From: Moniliella sp. 'wahieum'
Taxonomy: Eukaryota
Length of the DNA: 64,000 nt
Direction of reading: 5' to 3'
Assembly (NCBI GenBank): GCA_003971905.1
Contig: RSEE01000012.1
Coordinates: 744,001-808,000 of the forward strand
Part shown: one piece after another, positions 49,539 to 61,227 of the stretch
Layout: every line of letters begins with the position of its first letter
How positions within the stretch are numbered: position 1 is the first letter of the stretch
Program-made: the position numbers and the translations under genes
Notes under the pieces: generated by a model
What the model was told of the DNA's origin: nothing
The model's input: only the letters and a program-made list of their open reading frames with translations
Databases searched by the model: none

Positions 49539-52500
49539 TCACAGCAGCCCCACCAGCGCGGGCAAAAACTGCTCGGCAATCGCACTAAAGTAGAACTCGT
49601 GCTTGGCGTTGTGTCCCGACTCGACGTTGTGTGCCAGCTCATGCGCCAGCGTCATAAACGTCGAGACGAGCGCCTCGCTGCGCGCGCCTGCACGACCAGC
49701 TCGTCGTGCCATGCGCGGTAGAAGCGCAGGTTGAGGTAGATCACCCCGGCCTGGTTGAATGCGATTGTGGGGCCGGCCGTGTCGAGAAAGACACACAGCG
49801 CTTCGTCTCGCAACCCAAACACGGTGCCCACGGGACGGTAGACCTGCGCCACCAAGCGCTCCAGCGCCGCCCGCGTTGGCCCACCCACAGAGCGCCGCTG
49901 CCACATCCACCTCCTCCGCTACATAGAACCGCAGCCCCCCCACGCGCCCAGCCAAGTGCAGGCCCGGCATCGCGCCCGACGCATCGCAGAACCCCTCGGC
50001 CTCGGCCGTTTCAGGCAGCCTGCCTTTGCCTCCTGGTTCGGCTCCATTGGGCACGCGCGGCGTAGCCCCCGTCCGTGAGGTGTCTGAGACGTGCACCGCA
50101 TCCCGTACATTGGCCCGGATCTGCTCCATCGGCGTCACTTGCTTGTCCATTGTGGGCATGGGCCCACCAATCCCAGCCGCCGTCGGTCCCGGTCCCCCCG
50201 ACAGCCCACCTCCCTGCGCACCCAATGGTACAGCGCCCTTGCCCGGTACATGTCCCGACCCCGACGCCAACTTTTCCCGCACAATCGAAGACGTCCCATT
50301 GGCCAACGATGACAGCGGCTGGCTCGGGTTCCAGCGAGAGCGCAGTTGCTGAAGCAAGCCAGTTCCCGACGGCGGCGGGCAATCGGGACCAACGGCTGCC
50401 GTTTGCCACCTGTTGGGTCGGGCGCAGAGGGTGTGCCATCCCCGCCTTTGGATGGTGCCTTGGTATCCATCTCTGTGCCAGGCGCGACGTGGGTCCGATT
50501 GGATCTTCTCATATTTCGGTGGCACGTCCTGCGAGGGAGGCGGAGACGAGGTCGTGTGCGAAGCTTGCTCCAGTTGCTCTCTCTCCTTCTCGGCCCGCTC
50601 TCGCTCAGCCTGCTTGACCACCTTCAGTTCTCGTTCCGCCGCTTCCCGCTGAGCGCGCCGTGCGGCTAAAATCTTGTCGACATGGAACCCCCTCCGACGA
50701 AGGTCACGCAACGGGGTCGAGAGCAGTGTCATAAACAACAGGATCTCCTCCAAGTTCCGCCCGGCATGCGACAAGAGCAAAGGGCACAACTGCTGCGCCA
50801 CTTCAAACCAGTCCACGGGCATGTGACTAGCCACCTCCAACTTGATTTCCCCCAGGCGGCCGTTCCAGGAAGAAAAAGAGGTGGCTCGGGCCGACGCACT
50901 TTGCACGTGTGTCTTGTGTACCGCTCCAAATCGGAGCGTGCGCGTGAGCCGCAGACCGCCACCGGTCACTTCCACCACTTGCAGCCGATCTTTCAGGTTG
51001 GGGTCGCCACGCAACTCGGGGCGGATGGTGGAGGCCTTTTCATACAAAAAGAGCGGTGTCCGTTCGAGAATCACAGCTTGCACCTCGTGGGCAAACGGCG
51101 TGTTGGCCAAGGGTGTACCAAGGGTGGAGAATTGCACGGTAATCAATTGGCTCAGACGGGGAGAACCGAGTTGCTCATAGACTGTCCACAACAAACCGGG
51201 TCAGTACCAGCGAGGCATGCACAGAACAAGAACCACATACACGCCGACAAGGCCTCCTCGTACGGAGCAGCAAACAAGACCGAAGCAAATAGCATAAACG
51301 AGCTCGCCTCGTCCACCCTCACAATCTCCTTTGCGCACTTGAGGTCATAGAGCAGCGTGCCCTCCTCCTCCTCGGCGTCCCCCTCGCTCTCGGCCAACAC
51401 ACGACGCGAGGCGAGCAAGAACGGACTGGTGGTCATCTGGTTCCGTAGGGCCTTGGGGAAGGAGGTATAGGCCCCGGCCACCAGCCTCAGAAGCGCCGTG
51501 TACTGCTCCACCCCATTCATGGCCGTGTAGAACGCCGAGGGATCGGCCACCAGTTTGGCCGCCACCTGTTCCGCCGACGGGTGGTCGGATACCCCACAAT
51601 TCTTGAGGAACGCACCGGCCACCGGGCCAAAATCACAGTAGAGGAACAATTCACGGGGATCACATCTTCCCTCTCGCTGGCGCGCGGGGGGAAGAAACAG
51701 TTGACAGGAGGCGCAATGACTACCTCCTCCTTTTCTGGTGCTCCTGGCAGCTTCCGCCGCACAGGTACAAACGGCGCCCGGCACAGCTGGGCATAGTCGC
51801 GAAGGGAAAATTCCGACACGGTAGCCAAGTACTCAAATCGTTTCTTGGCCACCTGCTCGTCCTTTGTCACTTGCCGCAACAGCTGCTCCATCAACGCAGA
51901 GGGTGAGGGGTGGTGCGGTAAGGAAAGCAAGGCGGACAGCAAAGTCACGTTGCCCCCCATCTTTCGTAGCGCATCTTGGTCCACTACCGCAAAGCCAAGC
52001 ACCGTAGCACCCGCGTTGGTATAGGCCTTGGAGGGAGGACGGAGGACAGGGCGCAAGCCCTTGGGCCCTTCCTCTGTGGCTGCCTTGTCATCCGGCGTAG
52101 TGGCCTTCCCCACAGTGGACGGGTCCGAAGGGATAAGGCAGGGCACAAATGCAAATTGATCGAGCGACTTCAAATTGCTGGGCCAAGAGGGGGAATATAC
52201 GTCCTGGAAGTGCTCAACGAGATACACAAGAGCGTGGGACCGAGTTCGTACCTCTTCAGATGATGCCAACGTTAGCACCATTTCCAGTGGTGGATGACGT
52301 TGGAGACCAATGGAAAAGAGCAACTTGGCCTCTTCTGACGTGGGGCGCCACGGTTTGCCCGACCACGCGAGCAGAGGGAGTCCCAACGCACGATGGGCCG
52401 AGGTGGGCTCATACAGTTGGTTGGGGAAGTAACGTTTCGGTGTTTCTTCCGTCTCCTTTCCCTCGCCTTCCTTGGGTAACATGGCCGTCTTGCGCAAGCG

Positions 52501-55487
52501 CGCCCACTCGGTCGGCGTAAGCGTCTTCTGGTTCTCAGCGAGATAGGTGATCAGATCCACATGGGACCAATTTCCGCGCGAGACGAGACGATCAAAGATG
52601 AGTTGGAGTTCGACGTGCCTCCGGACCCCAAGGGCGGACAATACTTTTTCCAAGCTCCCCTTTACCGCCACTGATGGGAAGGACACAATGGGCAAGTCCT
52701 CAAAGAGGGCAACAGAGGAGAAATAGGCTTGATCGGGTCGCTTAAACACGTACTCTGCCGTCTGATCGGTCCCAGTTGGCTTGGAAGGGGAACGAGTGGG
52801 TATGCAGGCCACGGGCGTCAGGAGGGAATGAGAGCCTGCACCGTTTCCGTCTTGATGTTCCCCCAGGCACGGGCAAGGGTGGTAAATACTTGCTGAGCAA
52901 ACTCTGCATCCGAAGTCATGTCTTTGCCCCCCTGTTGGCCGAGGCCCACGAGATATTCCACCCACGTCGGCAGAGGCAACTCCTTCCACCCATGACCGAC
53001 GCCATATCACTCGTTGACAAAGCCTGAGAAACCTGGACAGGGAGACAGCTGGGCGGAACAGGGAGGCTTGGAGGGATTCGTGCCACATTTCTCCAGTACA
53101 AGATGGCAAGGAGAGGCTGGACCGTCTCGGTATCAGGGTGGCCATTGGCAGCCCCCAGGGGAGCAGGCACACGCACTACAGCGGTCGCGCATGAGTCGTT
53201 GTTGGAACTGAGAGGCATATTGGGCATGGCGCGAGACGCCTATCCACCATTGCAGGCAGGCCACCATTTCCCCTGGTTCGAGGGGGCGCCCGCCAACTCC
53301 TGCATCACATCTTCCACCAGCAGGTCCCGCACCATCCCTCGTTCGCGCAGAACCGACATGAACGTCTGTGCCCCCTGCACATGCTCCTCAGGAAGCACAG
53401 GCGCGCGCTTGACAAACCCGCTAAGCACCTTGTTCGGCCATCGGACGCACTATTTACCTTAACCCCGGCCGAGGAGAGGAGCGCAACGGAGGACCACTTG
53501 CTGCAGGCAAAGAACTGCTCCGCCATCACCTCACCCACTCGGGCCGAGGGAGTGGAGGGGCCAAAGGAGAAAAACCGCATCAAATGCAAAGCTTCGTCCA
53601 GTAGCCGCTGGCCAACCTCACGTTTAGCCGCTTGCGTGGGATCCACTTCCTTCCCTTCCCCTCTTCAGGCGGAGCCAGCTCAGCATACCCCCAACGTGCG
53701 TCAGAGCCGAGAGCTTGCACCCACCTCTTCTGCAGCCCCTCCATCTCGTTCTCATAAATCGCACGTGCGACCCAGGCAGCCATGCTCAACAGCTCCATGT
53801 TCCACTTGGCACAGTACCGATCGATAAAGTCGAGCGACTCGCGTTCCACAGTGGGGATCAAGCGAGCAGCCACATGACCGCCAAAGGATGTAGTCTGGTG
53901 AGTGCGGAAACCAATAAACCCGCCCCATTTGGGCTTCGCTTGCGCGGACAAGATGTGGCAGCAAACCCGAAAACAGTTCCTCCAACCCCTCGGGGAGCTC
54001 TTTGCCAGTTTGCGCACTAACGAGGAGCGACTTGTCCTTGTCCTCCTTACCAGCGTAGATGATACTCAGCTTCGTTTTGGCTGGCGGGGGTTTCTTGGTG
54101 CTTCGCTCCAACTCGCGAACAAAGGCCTTGTCCAGCTTGGTGGTAATGGTGGCTGTAGCGACACGTAGATGGACATCAGCTACAATCATGTCCAGGTCAG
54201 ATGGGATGGCGCCAGTCACTGTCACAGGAGGTTGCAGCCACAGGCGCGGGGGGAGGCGTGGGCTCGCGGGCCGGCTTGGGAGTAGGCACATCCGGCGTAA
54301 ATGCCTTCTTGAAGAATCCACCCCAGGAGGATCCAAGGCATTGGACAGAAGCCAGAAGGGCCCGTGGCTGGAACAGCAGCCGATGTCTCCCGATGTGGCA
54401 GCCGAGATTTACGCGCAATGGAAGTAATGAGCGACTCTTTTGCTCGTCGACGCTTCTCTTCATCGCGCAACACGGCCCAAGCCACCTTGCCTGTAATCTT
54501 GACCGGCGTAGCATGGAGCACATCGGCACGCATCATACCCTGAGGGCTTGAAGGAGACAGATGCGAGTTCCACCGCACCGTATCCGAGGGGGAAAGTTGT
54601 TTGTGGGCTTGTAAGAGCGGGTGTCCGTCCCAGTAAACCTCAACGGTACGCACGTTGGCAGTAAACGCAAGACTGGTGATGAGAAACTCGCACAGCTTGA
54701 GCGCCGTCTCGGGGAGAACACTGGCTTCGCGCAAACGCATATGAAATGTGGTCCATCTGCGTCCGGTTTCGGCATTCAGATCCTCATCTTCAGGTGCCAC
54801 GTCCGATCTGGTGCCGGGGGGCGGGCTGAACGCCTGGTATAAAGCGAATCCCCTTTCCAAAAAAAGCCAATCACTGTATCCCCCGAGGAGACGATGGGCT
54901 CCTCGCAAATGGAGAAGAGACTATAAAAGCCAACACCAAACGCACCAATACGGTCAGGATCAGGGTTGCCCTCGGCGATGCGCTGAGAAGGAGAAGGAGA
55001 ATGGGTCAGTATCCGTAACTTCGAACGTGGTCCGAGCTGCATAAGCGACAACGTACTCGCAGCCGGTTCCAGTCATCGGGACTGAAGGGCTTGCCATCGT
55101 TCTGAAAAACCCAGTGGCAGAGCGGAACGGACAAATCAACCGAGTCCGCACTGGCGGCAGGAGCAGACGCAGACGCAGACGAGGCAGCGGCCGTAGTGGA
55201 GGTCGAAATAGCGGGAGCGGGGTCGGATGGTACGGGTGAGCGGCTGGGTGGGGGGCGGATGCGTTGTACTACTGCTTCTGTGCGAGGGGATGCGGCATGG
55301 TGGGATGAAAAGAGGAGGCGGCAGGTATGGGCCTCGGCGTCGTCAGCGTTCTGGAGGAGTTCGCGTAGAAGGTGAACTCGGCAGCGTAGCGGGCGAGGAT
55401 CTTGTCGATGAGAGCGCGCTGGTTGACGGTGATAGCCTCTTCCACCACATCAGCGCCGTCCCATGCGGCAGGAGAGGGGGACGTCAT
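49539..55487 (-). CDS. Large conserved fungal protein: N-terminal sacsin-like GHKL ATPase, DUF3684-like middle, C-terminal HExxH motif. Several introns and frameshifts
   Basis: ITVNQRALIDKILARY..(R)ELLQNADDA, NDGKPFSPDDWNRLR, RIAEGNPDPDRIGAFGVGFYSLFS and LSALGVRRHVELQLIFDRL. C-terminus TIAFNQAGVIYLNLRFY..FMTLAHELAHNVESGHNAKHEFY. Confidence 0.85.
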
Positions 55488-57536
55488 GAGAGGATGAAGG
55501 GGGATGGAGCTCGAGATGGAGATGGTGATGAGATGGAGATGGAGGTGGCGAGGACAGAGAAGGCGCCGGGACAGGTGAAATGGCGCGCAAGTGGATCCGT
55601 CTGGTGGGGTGCGTGGCCTTGGCTGACATAAGCCGCCACCCCCTACTTTAATCGCCGGTTCTCACGCGTTCACGAGGCACACGTGACCAGTGTACGAGAT
55701 GTTGCAGTTGCATTATGATCCCAAACTTTGTCCCACCACCACCGTTTCCATGGTGCCGCAGGCGTGCGGACTCAGCATCCCTCTTCAACGCCTCGATTAC
55801 AGGGTGTCATCGGATGGAGCGCCTTCGATGGAATCGAGGTGGAGCTTGCAGGTAGGCAACAAACGCTATTTTTCAAGGGATTCTTTCAGCTCACCTAGCA
55901 ACAAAATGCATATCATGATCACACAGAAAAAAGACAATGGAGACAATAAACCTCTCTTGGGGGGGCAATAGGCGATTGTGTTCCACGTGCATATCCTGCA
56001 AAAGAGACGCCAACTCACAACTACCGTTTCGTCGAGCGACGAGAGAGGCAAATTGAGTCGCGTTGGTCAAGCACGTTCCTCTCTGTTGGTGCCTCTCCTC
56101 TCTGTGAGAGTTTTGCATATACATTGCTAGATGTCAGTGCCGCTCCTACCCAATATGAGAATCGCAATAAGAACTACAAGCACAAGCAATTGTTGTTCCA
56201 AGTGCGCTGTTGGGGGTTCAATGGGACTATACGCTTACAAGCATACTACTAGCAAGCTCCTTCCAGGATGGTGCCAACCTCGATGCTTATTTTTGCAATA
56301 CACCATCCAGGTATTGCCGAAGTCGTATTCCCGGCCCGTGGTTTTGACTTTGATAGATGCTGGAAGTGCGTTGGGTGTTTTTGTCCTTGTGGGATAGCTG
56401 GACCTGTCTCCAGGCTAGTTCCTCGGTCGCAACGCTTTTTGGATCATTCTTGAAGAGTGCACACAGTTCGTGCAAATAAGAGAGTTTGCGACATTGGAAT
56501 TGGTATGAGGAGTAAGTACTAAGTACGGATCAGAGAATGTGGAACCCTCTCGTATATAGATTTGATTCCGTCACCGCCGGATCTGGGATCTGTTCCCAGG
56601 CCACAGGGCGTCGATCTCCTCTTGATAGTGTCTTCTCTTGCTCTGTTGGCACGAGAAGGAAATGACAGCGGGCAAACGGGTAGGTCACAGGTTTGAAAAC
56701 TCGCGTGATAGCTCACATACGAAGACTGTCGACCTTTCCCAAAACCTGTTTAACACACCTCTCCTCGAGAAAGTTCTTCAGCTTTTTGACATGGAACACG
56801 CGAACTTTACGGTCTGAGCCGACGGCCTCTCTGTACTATTTCTATCCCGGTCAGACTGAAGGTTGAACATCCCCCGTGAAAATATTCAGTCTATGTGGCA
56901 ATTATACGCTTGTCGTTGGCTGGGCTACATGAATTGCTCGTCGTGCTTTTGTCGAATTTTTGGCAATCCCCCCCGCAGAAGAGTACTAATCAAGACGGGG
57001 CCTGTGGCGCCGCTGCCGCACCGGCCTTTTGACCGTGACTAATGCGTTTCTATTGGACTTGCGCTCCATCGATATTGACTCGATGTTGCTCGTAACACAA
57101 GTGGTGGCGGAGTTCAGATGGGCTTGATTGGGCAGGGGCGGACGACGGTCGGAAGGAAGCCTGGCGATGGCCAGTTTGCATCACCAGCTAGTCACTAGTC
57201 ACTGTTTACCGGTTACCTCAGCACGGCCGCCGCTCCTGCGCCCTTCCTTCACGCTTCAAGCTTCATCGATCATCACGCCTCCATCACATGTTGGAGCAAC
57301 CGGACAGCGCATGCTGGCCCCGTGCCGGACGCGCGCGACCCACCGTCCGCAGCACGGCGCCAGTGCCTGAGTGGATCCCACCGGTGGCGGGCGCACACGG
57401 CCAGTGTGGGCCGGGACAGAGCGAGCGCAGCGGCGCTGTGCGGACGCCAGCGCGCAGACCGAGGTCAGGCAGCGCGCCGCCCTGCTCGCTGCCCCCCGCT
57501 TGCGCCAGCACCCAGACAGGCAGGCGCCTGCATTGG

Positions 57537-57577
<41 letters not shown>
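57537..57577. repeat. (CCTGCT)n microsatellite upstream of the septin start
   Basis: About 6.8 copies read directly from the sequence. Confidence 0.9.
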
Positions 57578-57626
57578 GTCCACCGTCCCACCCTCTGCCC
57601 GCCCTGCCCCCACACCCCCACCCACC

Positions 57627-58821
57627 ATGCCCACCTTTGCCTCGCGCCGGCGCGCCACCAAGAAGGGCGTCTCCTTCTCCCTCATGGTTGTCGGAGCCAG
57701 CGGGACCGGCAAGACCACCTTTGTCAACACCCTCTGCGGCGAGGTGCTGAGCCACAAGATCAGCGATGACCCGGCGCAAGCGGCCGTCGAGGAGCCCATC
57801 AAGATTAAGCCGGTCAATGTCGAGCTCGAGGAGGATGGGATGCGGATTGGACTGACCATTGTCGACACGCCTGGCTTTGGCGACAACATTGACAATGATG
57901 CGCAGTTTGCTGAGATTGTGGGCTTCCTCGAGCGCCAGTTTGATGATTTGGTCGCCGAGGAGAGCCGCATCAAGCGTTCTCCGCGCTTCCGCGACAACCG
58001 TGTCCATGCGCTGCTTTACTTTATCACGCCCACTGGCCATGCACTCCGCGAGATCGACATTGAAGTCATGCGTCGTCTTTCGCCCCGGGTCAATGTGATC
58101 CCCGTCATTGGCAAGGCCGACACGCTCACGGCGAGCGAGCGCATTGCATTCAAGAAGCGGGTGCGTAGCACACTCCTGCGTCATATGCCTGCATGTATGC
58201 TAACGTAGCACCCGCTGGGTGTTGCTGCCAGATTGTCGAGGACATTGAGTACTACAGCATCCCCATCTACAACTTCCCGTACGACGTGGAGGAAGATGAT
58301 GAGGACACCGTTGCGGACAACAGCGAGCTGCGCTCCATGCTACCGTTTGCGATTGTTGGTTCGGAGGAGGTGGTGGTGGTCGATGGCGAGCCCATTCGCG
58401 GACGCTCCTACCCCTGGGGCCTGGTGGAAGTGGAGAACCCGGAACACAGCGACTTTGCCCGTCTTCGCTCTGCGTTGCTTAGCACCCATCTTGCTGACCT
58501 GAAGGAAATCACGTCGGACTTTTTGTACGAAAACTATCGTACCGAGAAACTGTCGCGCACCGTCAACCCAGCCTATGCCGACCAACCTGTGCCGGGCGAC
58601 GAACTGGCGAACCAAAGTGTACGGCTCAAGGAGGACCAGCTGCGGCGGGAGGAAACAAGTTGCGTGAGATTGAGCTCAAGGTCCAGCGGGAGATTATGGA
58701 GAAGCGACAGGAACTGCTGGCCAAGGAAGAGAGCCTGCGTCACTTGGAAGCTCGTCTGGCGATCCAAGGTCAATCGCCCGTGCCGGGGGGCGACGCGAGC
58801 TTGTCGGGTTTCAGCTCCTAA
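57627..58821 (+). CDS. CDC11: Septin, Cdc11/AspA group. Intron 58161-58231 and one frameshift near the C-terminus
   Basis: KKGVSFSLMVVGASGTGKTTFVNTLC, IVDTPGFGDNIDN, DNRVHALLYFI, VNVIPVIGKADTLT, GRSYPWG, LYENYRTEKL and a coiled-coil tail. The intron reads GTGCGT..GCTAAC..CAG. Confidence 0.93.
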
Positions 58822-59559
58822 CCGTTCTCTTGTCTTCCTTCCCTTGCATGCCTCTGCCTAGGTCCTCTGCTTAGACCAGGGCGCGGGGAGTGGGACGATG
58901 CATGCTCGGCTTGAAGCTTGACGCTGAAGGCTGAGCATGCGTGCTCCTGGTCCGACCTCTGCTTTTCCCTTCGTTCCTCTGCTTTCTCTCTGATTCCCCA
59001 CTGCCTTCCTTCCCATCAGCCGCAAGACGCATGGTTGTTCAGTCCTGTGGCGGTCAGCCTGCTTGCTCCTCGGAGACGTCTACTAGTAGCGCCCAGGGCT
59101 GGGTCCTTGATTTGATCCTGCCTTCCATCGTCTGCCGGATGTGTGAGTGTGAGGGGGGTGTCTACATTAGGCTGGAGCACGTAGCGCAAATGCCCACGCC
59201 CGGTCCGAGGAGAGCACGCATGCAGATCTTCAACATGTCAGCAGGCATACATGGACAGGAATAGAGAATGGGTCGGGTCACACCGTGCGAGAGATGGGGG
59301 AGATGAGATGGGAACGGGCGCCACCGCGAAGACTGGGGAGGCGGCGCAGAGCAGCAGCCAGTGGCGCCAACGCGGCTAAAAGGCAAGGTGGTGCCAGATG
59401 GCCGCTGCAGGCAGGCAGGCACGGGGCGGGTGTGAAACGTTCATGCCTGGCGCCGCCATTTCTAATGGCAGCCGCCGCGTCGAGCCCAGGCCGACGCAGC
59501 CGCAGCGCAAAGCCTGCCGCGCATCCCAGCTGCCCATCCACCGCATTCACCCCGCGGCC

Positions 59560-60891
59560 ATGTCCAGCCCCGCCGCGCCCCTCGGCCACGCCCCAGACGC
59601 CGCCCGCCCATCCCACCCTCGTCCTCCGCCGCCCCGCCCCCCCGCTCCCCCCCGCCCCCACACCCTCCTCCGCCCTCGCCCCCGGCTCGTCCCCATCTCC
59701 ATCCCCGTCCCCAACCCGTCTCCATCCCCTCGACGCCATCCACGCTTGCCGTGCCTGTCATCCCCCCTGGCTTCCACGAACTGAGCAAGGCGGCGGACAA
59801 CCTACTACAAAAGGACTAGTGCGTATCTTGCTCCCCCCCTCTTCCCTTCCTACTCACCTTCGCCACCCTCTTCTGCCCAGCCCCATCATCACCTCCGACA
59901 TCCAAGTCCGCAGCCGCGCCGCAAACGGCACCACCTTCCGCGTGCTGGCAACCGGAACAATGCAACGAACAAAATCGGGACCAAAGTCGAAGTCAAATTC
60001 GCCCAACCTGTCTCTTCGTCACTCGGTCTACGGTCAGGTGGGTACGCAGTCACCACTGCCTGGAGCGACGCCAACGTTCTTCGCTCCCATATCGAGCTGG
60101 ACAACCACGTAGCCAATGGGTTTAAGCTCGAGGCCATCACGACCTTGCAGCCTGACAAGTTGGCGCGTCGATCGGTGTTGCTCGCAGCGCATTACAAGCA
60201 ACCCGGTGTGCATACCCGCACGTTTGTCGATCTCTTCAATGGGCCGACGGTCACATCGGGTGCGGTGCTGGGACGCGACGGCGTCCTGGCCGGTTCCGAG
60301 GTTTCGTACGATGTCAAGAACGCCCGCATTTCTCGGTACGACTTTGGTGTGGGGCTCGCGACGAGCGACTATACCTTGGCCCTGCTTGCGCTGTCCAACT
60401 TGTCGATCTACAAGGCATGTTACCACCACAATGCATCTGCGTCGGTGCAGGTCGCCGGTCGGCCGTGTACGATCCCGTCCGTTCTGCTGATGTGGCCGTT
60501 GAGGTGGGCACGAAAAAGTACGGATGCGTCTCCCTTGTCTTTGTCTATCTGACCTTCGATGACCCTACTGACCCTTCGCCTTTCTCCTTCCCTTACTCGT
60601 GTCAGGTTCTTGGGCCCCACAACGTTTGTTAAGCCAAGATGAACAACAATGGGGTTCTGTCGTTTGGTTACACTCAACGACTGCAGTACGTTCCTTTTTT
60701 CTTTTTTTTGTCCTGGCTCTTTCTCTTTTTTCGCACGCGGCTCGGCTGACCACGACCTATCTACACGCCTCGGCAGCCCGAATGTGACGGGCGCTCTGGG
60801 CTTGGCGCTCAACACCCGAGGGCTCCAAGATGCGTCGGACGTGAAGCCAGCCCACAAATTTGGCATGTCGATGCTGTTCGAAGCCGACTGA
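59560..60891 (+). CDS. POR1: Voltage-dependent anion channel (mitochondrial porin), divergent, with introns and frameshifts
   Basis: Motifs PPGFHELSKAADNLLQKD, IELDNHVANGFKLE, YKQPGVHTRTFVDLFNGPTVT, RDGVLAGSEVSYDV, VEVGTK, FVK(A)KMNNNGVL and KPAHKFGMSMLFEA. Confidence 0.85.
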
Positions 60892-61227
60892 ATAGGGTGG
60901 ATTCCAAAGCTCGGAACGGGGGGCGGGGGGCGGGACGACTCTTCGCGTTGCGCTGCGCGCCTTCCTTTTGTTGTGCCAGGTTGTGCCGTACCATCCCTCC
61001 ATTTTCCCGCCAAATCACGCACCCCAATTTCCACATTTGGCTCCTAATCGTGTCTCCTGCTGATCCCGCTCTTGCCCTCGCCGCGGCCTGGACACATATA
61101 CGGTTCTACGGTAGAAGCAAGGACAAGAGGACAAGCGAATGTGTACATTACAGAACCATAGATGCTGCAAAAAAGGCTCCTCCAGCCAAGCGCAGACACC
61201 CAGACCCGGACCACCTTTTCCCACTAC

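Noticed and set aside
55690..57100. AT-richer gap with short ORFs
   Set aside because: No motif, repeat structure or homology was recognisable by eye.
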